Shown here: positions 57,818-64,000 of the stretch, one piece after another | How the letters are laid out: the number at the start of each line of letters is the position of its first letter | Numbering within the stretch: position 1 is the stretch's first letter | Source of the DNA: Octopus vulgaris | Taxonomy: Eukaryota | Direction of reading: 5' to 3' | Assembly: GCA_951406725.2 (NCBI GenBank) | Contig: OX597828.1 | Location: forward strand, 24,056,001 to 24,120,000 | Length of the DNA stretch: 64,000 nucleotides | Position numbers and translations under genes: made by a program | Notes under the pieces: generated by a model | The model's database searches: none | What the model was told of the DNA's origin: nothing | The model's input: only the letters and a program-made list of their open reading frames with translations

Positions 57818-58446
57818 CACAGACAGGAATGTACGTGCGTAAGTGCCTATGTATGTATTTATGTATGTGTGTGTATGTATGCATGCACATATGTATGTTT
57901 ATTTGAATGTATGTATGCATGCATGCATGTATGTATGCATGTATGTATGTATGCATGCATGCATGTATATATGTATATATGCGATGTATGTGTGTCCGTC
58001 TCTCCAGCTTGAGCAGGTTGCATAGCAATAAATGTTTCACTTAATTCAAAACACGTGGTAGATTATACAGATATTATATATAATTTCATAAAACGAGAAC
58101 CGTCACTAGCAAGCGTGTGCCGCATTGCTTTCGCTGGTTGTTTCCGATAATTATGTATACGAGAACAATTTTAGACCCCGTGAAGTCATTTCCAATCTCG
58201 ACTCAACGGAATTTCCCTGATGTAACAGCTGAAAAAAAGAGGGTAACGCTCTAACTTTGCTGGTACCATTAAATACTCCTATACATACATGTATGTTGCT
58301 GTACGCCTACTCACACGCACTACACGCAAACGCACACCAACCAGCATACATACACAGAGAGACACATAAGATCACACACAAACACACACACATGTGTGTA
58401 GGTATATCTAAGTGGCGGCGTGTGTATCGTTGGCGATTTTATTTCT

Positions 58447-58611
58447 CCGTCTTCCCTTCCTTGGACCTTTCCTTTGTCTATGTTTCTGACGAAGAGGTCC
58501 GCTCGAAACGTTGAATCCTCCTCTCTTTCCTTTCGTGAGCGTCCGATAACTTTATACTTGTTCCGTGTCCCCGCATTGTTGTTTTTTCTCTTTGTTCATG
58601 TTTGGATTAAC
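58447..58611 (+). mobile_element. Second copy of the 2445 hammerhead repeat
   Basis: gtttCTGACGAagaggtccgctcGAAAcGTTgaat at 58482-58516; the flanks align with 2445-2613. Confidence 0.75.
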
Positions 58612-58681
58612 CATACACACACGCACACACATATATATATATATATATACATGTATACATAGATGTATGCATACACACACA

Positions 58682-58714
<33 letters not shown>

Positions 58715-58758
58715 TTATGTGTGTGTATAGATATATATGTATATATATATATACATTA

Positions 58759-58875
58759 CATCGCATGATTACAGTATTTTGTTACGGAGTAATGCTTTCA
58801 TTCTTCTATTAAAAATTCTGTAAGAAACAGCTGTAATGAGCTGACAATTATCCATTGTCTTCTATAATTCATTTG

Positions 58876-58927
<52 letters not shown>

Positions 58928-59024
58928 CAAATGAATAATAACAGACAGCTGTTTCTTAAGCAAGTTTTTGATAGAAGAATGAGAACGTTACTCTATTAAA
59001 AAAAAAAAATGTAATTATCAGATG
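58759..59024. mobile_element. Inverted pair of decayed hammerhead elements converging on (TA)n
   Basis: cat-cgcatga-ttacag...ctgtaa-GAAAcagctGTA-atg (+) and cat-ctgataa-ttaca...-GAAAcagctGTC (-); shared gagtaa...tcattcttcta. Confidence 0.6.
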
Positions 59025-59322
59025 AAACGTAATATTACAAACAAAAGAGTATCCCAGGAATCCAGCAAGGACGTGGCTGGAATCTGACGATGCTAAATAC
59101 GGAGTGGGAGAATGTCCAACAAAGTTGGCCTTTGTGAGCATTAGCGGGTGGGATTAGTTTAAGAATAAAGTTTCTGAAAGGGTTAAATATGATATTTTAC
59201 AAGTTATGTTAGTCGCCACATCAGTGTGGCTGTACCACGTTACTACTACTTTAACCACAAGCAAATCTTCTGCGAGCTGATAATCGCTGCAGCACTGCAC
59301 TCTGTACATACATATTCCTGGA

Positions 59323-59620
59323 GGAGGCACATGGCCTAGCGGTTAGAGCAGCGGATTCGCGGTCGAGGGATCGCGGGTTCGAATCTCAGACCCAGCGATG
59401 TGTGTGTTTATAAGCGAAACACCTAAGCTCCACGAGGCACCAGCAGAAGATAATGGCGGACTTCTGCTGACGTTTTCGCCACAACTTTCTCTCACTCTTT
59501 CCTCCTGCATCTTGCAGCTCACCTGCGACGGACCGGCGTCCCGTCCAGGTGGGGAACTTATACGCCAAGAAACCGGGAAACCGGCCCTTATGAGCCAGGC
59601 ATGGCTCGAGAAGGAACAAA
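59323..59620 (+). mobile_element. tRNA(Arg-like) SINE, third tail type
   Basis: A box tggcctagcgg, B box ggttcgaatctc; decayed TSD atacatatt.ct.g on both sides. Confidence 0.88.
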
Positions 59621-60204
59621 GAAGATACATATTACTAGCGGAAGAGTGAACACCTACTTTTCTCCAGCAGGCGACAAAATCACGAAAGCGATTCCCTTTC
59701 GAGCTAGTTTACTGATCTTCAGTCGCTAACACCTGGTCTCAAAAGAGATGACCAGCGTCCGCTCCAACCAGCAATATATGGTAAACAGAGCGACCATCGG
59801 GCACATATTTGCTACAGGCAAAGTAGTTAGTTGTCAAATCTATACCAGTTAAAATCCATCGTCATATCAATGTGGCCGTACCATGTTACTTCTAGTTTAA
59901 ACCCAGACAAATTTTCCGCCAGTTGGTTATCGGTGCAGCACTGCATCCTGTACGTGTATATTGGTAGCAGGGGAGTGAACCCCTAATATTCTCCAGCAGA
60001 TGACAGGATCGCGAGACTACTCTCATTTCCTTATTGGAGATTTTACAACTAGCTACATTCCTTATATACACACCACTCACAAAAACCATACATACATATG
60101 TACATATACAGATTTTTATGCACATGTATACACATACATACATATATACAAACATATTTATAAGATATGACACACACATGTACACACAAACACACATACA
60201 CATA

Positions 60205-60427
60205 TGTACTCTTTACTCTTTAGTCTTTTATTTGTTTCAGTCATTTGACTGTGGTCATACTGGAGCACCGCATTTAGTCGAGCAAATCGACCCCAGAACT
60301 TATTCTTTGTAAGCCTAGTACTTATTCTATGGTCTATTTTGCCCAACCGCTAAGTTACGGTGACGTAAACACACCAGCATCGGTTGTCAAGCGAGGTTGG
60401 GGGCACAAACACATCACACAAACACAT

Positions 60428-60487
<60 letters not shown>

Positions 60488-60686
60488 TTTATAGGAGCTT
60501 CTACAGGACTAGAACTGTTTCATTAAAAAAAAAACGACTATATATATATATACATATATACGACGGGGTTCTTTCAGTTTTCGTCTACCAAATCCACTAT
60601 AGTAGAAGACAATCACCCAAGGTGGCACGCAGTGGGACTAAACCCAGAACCATGTGGTTCGTAAGCAAGCTACTTACCACCAGCCA

Positions 60687-60690
<4 letters not shown>
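60205..60690 (-). mobile_element. CORE-like SINE with internal (TA)n
   Basis: Reverse complement of the 41197-41697 family. Confidence 0.88.
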
Positions 60691-60730
<40 letters not shown>

Positions 60731-61522
60731 TATATATATCAAGTATTAATGATTATTTGTCATATAATGTTGGAACGGTCATTAGTGGTTTCAAAATCGT
60801 GCAATATATTCTTGGTCGTTCTAAATATATTATTCGCATTCATTTTCAGTCCTCAATTGTGTGTCATTATAATTAATGAGAAATCGCGTATTCTTCTTCT
60901 GAATTTATATTTCTTACTTTTATAGCGTTTTAGGAATAACATTCTTCAACGAAAGAAGCAGTAGACCGTTTTATGTTCGAGGAATCATAAGTTGAAGCTT
61001 TCCGTTTTCCTTTTCCTGTCTTTCTGTTTGTTTCTTGAAGACTAAATGTTTATTTCTTCTTCAACACGACTACAAACGTCAAATACTCAATGCATTACTC
61101 TAATTCTACCCTTTTATAGAAATTGTGTAAATGTGCTTTCTTTAAGAACAAACAATAGAAGATAATTAGTAGCAACAGCTAAAAATTAGATTAAGTAAAA
61201 GAAGAATGCTCGGCCAGTTTGATCGATATGGCGGATATTTTGACCTATGATTCTCTTACAAATCACACCTCTATTGGAAAAACAATCACGAAAAAGAAAT
61301 CATATAGGATAAATTCGTCCAGATTGACTAGTTTTAGAAGAAAAAAAATAAGACAGAATGGTCACGGTTAGAATGCTTTGGATTTTATAGCCGACTTGAG
61401 GGCAAACATTAAGATCAATATCATGATATGAAACAAAACATAAAATTTGGACGGAATCATAAAAACGTACATAGTGAAGAATTGCCAAATTAAATACAAT
61501 GTAGTCAATACACACACACTCG

Positions 61523-61605
<83 letters not shown>

Positions 61606-62355
61606 ATGTATATGTGCATATATATGTATGTGTATGCATGTGTATGTACATGTATAAATATATGTTTTTCAAGCTTCAAGATCCTGCAACTACAAGATGT
61701 CATATATGAGCAATTCTATTCTGGATGAGAGGAAGAAGATAATAAAGTAGAAAAGATGATTGGTTGAGAGCCAAAGAACCAACTATGTACCAGCAATAAA
61801 TGTAGCTTGCCATTAAAACAAAACAAAGCAGGCGCCCCACCAGCACCACGACCACCACCACCAAAACCGCCCACGACCATTGCCCACCAACGCACTCAAT
61901 GGCGTAGCCTAATCCATTTTCTTTTCTCTTTATATCTCCATCTTAAATAAAACTGGTTTTGCAGTAACTTAAATGGAACTGCTCGAGACGGATTAACAAC
62001 AACAAAACCGACAACACCACCAACAACAACAATAGCACTAACAATGTAAAACATGAGTCCATAAAATAAATCCGGAATATTAAAAGCAAAATACAACCAT
62101 TTATTTTCTTTCTGTAAATATTCATATAAGTCTTTTTAGTGAAGTCAGACTTAACAATACATCAGCGTTCCTTTTGTTATGCCCTATCTAATGTATTCAT
62201 ACTGATCAATAAATAAAGAAATTAAAACATGAATAAGAGAAAAGAGTTTATAAATATGTATGGATAATTATATTTCTATCTTTCACTTCATATTTTTTTC
62301 ATCTTCCATCTTTGTGCATCTATCTATCTCTCTATGTATCTCTTTCTTTCTCCTT

Positions 62356-62399
<44 letters not shown>

Positions 62400-62459
62400 A
62401 ATATGTGTGTATGTATGTATGTATGTATGTATGTATGTATGTATGTATGCATGTATGTA

Positions 62460-62491
<32 letters not shown>

Positions 62492-62987
62492 CTATTGATA
62501 TTACGGCAGCGGTTATTTATTTTATTGTTTTTGCTGATGAAATTATTGGTCTTACGTTATTCGTTTAGAACCACGTTAGAGAAAAAACGAGAGCAACAAC
62601 GGAGTTGCAAAGACGTTTGATCTGCGATCCACAAGTTCATGGTTTCAGTACAACTGCGTGACATCGGGAGCGACGAAATGAAATTGGTTAAATGGAAGCC
62701 AGTCAGATTGGTTGTATCTGAAATTGTATCTCTGTAGCTAACTTTTAGATCACTGAACTATAATCAAAGACATTGTGCTCGGGATCATCCCAACTGTTTT
62801 CCTTTTACATACAGATATCATGTTCTTCCATTATCTAAAAATCCATTTTCTAAGTCAGTGGAGGAGATTCATTTGAAGGAAATAAACCCAGGATCTCTCC
62901 ATCTTTATGACAGCCAACATGTGCATATATATATATACATGCACATGCATATATACATGTGTGTGTGTATATATATATATATATGTG

Positions 62988-63021
<34 letters not shown>

Positions 63022-63091
63022 CATGTATGTATGTATATATAGAGATATATATAGATGCATATACATAATACATACATATATACAAAATACA

Positions 63092-63147
<56 letters not shown>

Positions 63148-63230
63148 TAAGGAAAAATTTTTTTTTTTTTAAATTTTTCCTTTCTTATCATTTCTCCACG
63201 TGCGGTCAACACAACCCCACCATTTATTGA

Positions 63231-63318
<88 letters not shown>

Positions 63319-63414
63319 CGATAAGAAAATGGAGGAAGAACAACAAGTAGAATTGTATCTTTGGTGCTAAAAAGCCATTATTTAATTAGACAAGCAAGTT
63401 GAAGGTAAGAGTGA

Positions 63415-63491
63415 GTTTATAGCTGTTTCTGTGTATTATATTGAGGTAAATATGTATTTACCTCGTTGCAAATGGTAGACGTCATCAGAAC
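63415..63491 (-). ncRNA. Hammerhead motif with hairpin stem II
   Basis: gtt-CTGATGA-...gaggtaaata/atttacctc...-GAAA-cagct-ATA-aac; (GA)n/(TA)n about 95 bp downstream. Confidence 0.6.
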
Positions 63492-64000
63492 AAAGAACGT
63501 AGAGATAGACAAAGAGGAAAATAGAGAGAAAGATGGAAGGAGAAATCGGGGTAAAAATGTTCAATGATTCGAGAGTCTTACATCTTAGTGGGGTTCAAAG
63601 TCCAGTATATGCATTGTAAGGTAGTTGAAGAATAGAAGTTGGTTGAATCTGAAGTCTCGTAGTTAGTTATTAGCATGACTTCCACGTGTCTGCCTGTCCG
63701 GTTAGTTGACCGCCGGTGTAATCTGAGGGTGTTATCCCTAATTAGGGATATCCGGTATGGTTAATAGGAGCTATGTGTCACTAACTTATAGGTTGTGTGT
63801 AATTCGTATATTTGCAGAGGAAGCCGTAAATAAGGGTAAAGTTTATATCTAGCAGGAGTACGATTTAGCGTGTAAAGACAAAGTATCGGAATAATATTTA
63901 GGTTTGAGGAATGCAATGAAAAGGAAAAGAAAAAGATAAAAGACGAGTAATTTAACGTGTAAAAAGAGTTGGTAGTTCTCGGCTGAAAAGGATTATAGGA

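Overview
Eukaryotic, AT-rich, extremely microsatellite-rich non-genic or intronic DNA. Its repeat families look like those of a coleoid cephalopod, probably Octopus (inference). No intact protein-coding gene is evident, and nearly all ORFs in the track are translations of simple repeats. The window holds dozens of tRNA-derived SINE copies (a Meta/MESC-domain family, a CORE-like family with an internal (TA)n tract, and a modular family with a tRNA-Arg-like head), R4/Dong-clade LINE fragments sitting in (TAA)n tracts, RTE and CR1-like remnants, a MITE, and a full-length 5S rRNA copy with compensatory helix changes. The main signal is about 15 minimal type I hammerhead ribozyme motifs (CUGANGA...GAAA, palindromic stem III) from roughly ten unrelated short elements. 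Their 3' ends mostly abut (TA)n tracts and they often form fold-back inverted repeats, consistent with a diverse (TA)n-targeting Penelope-like/retrozyme system that uses SINE-borne microsatellites as landing pads. A tentative spliced, minus-strand class A GPCR-like fragment lies near 22.6-25.0 kb.
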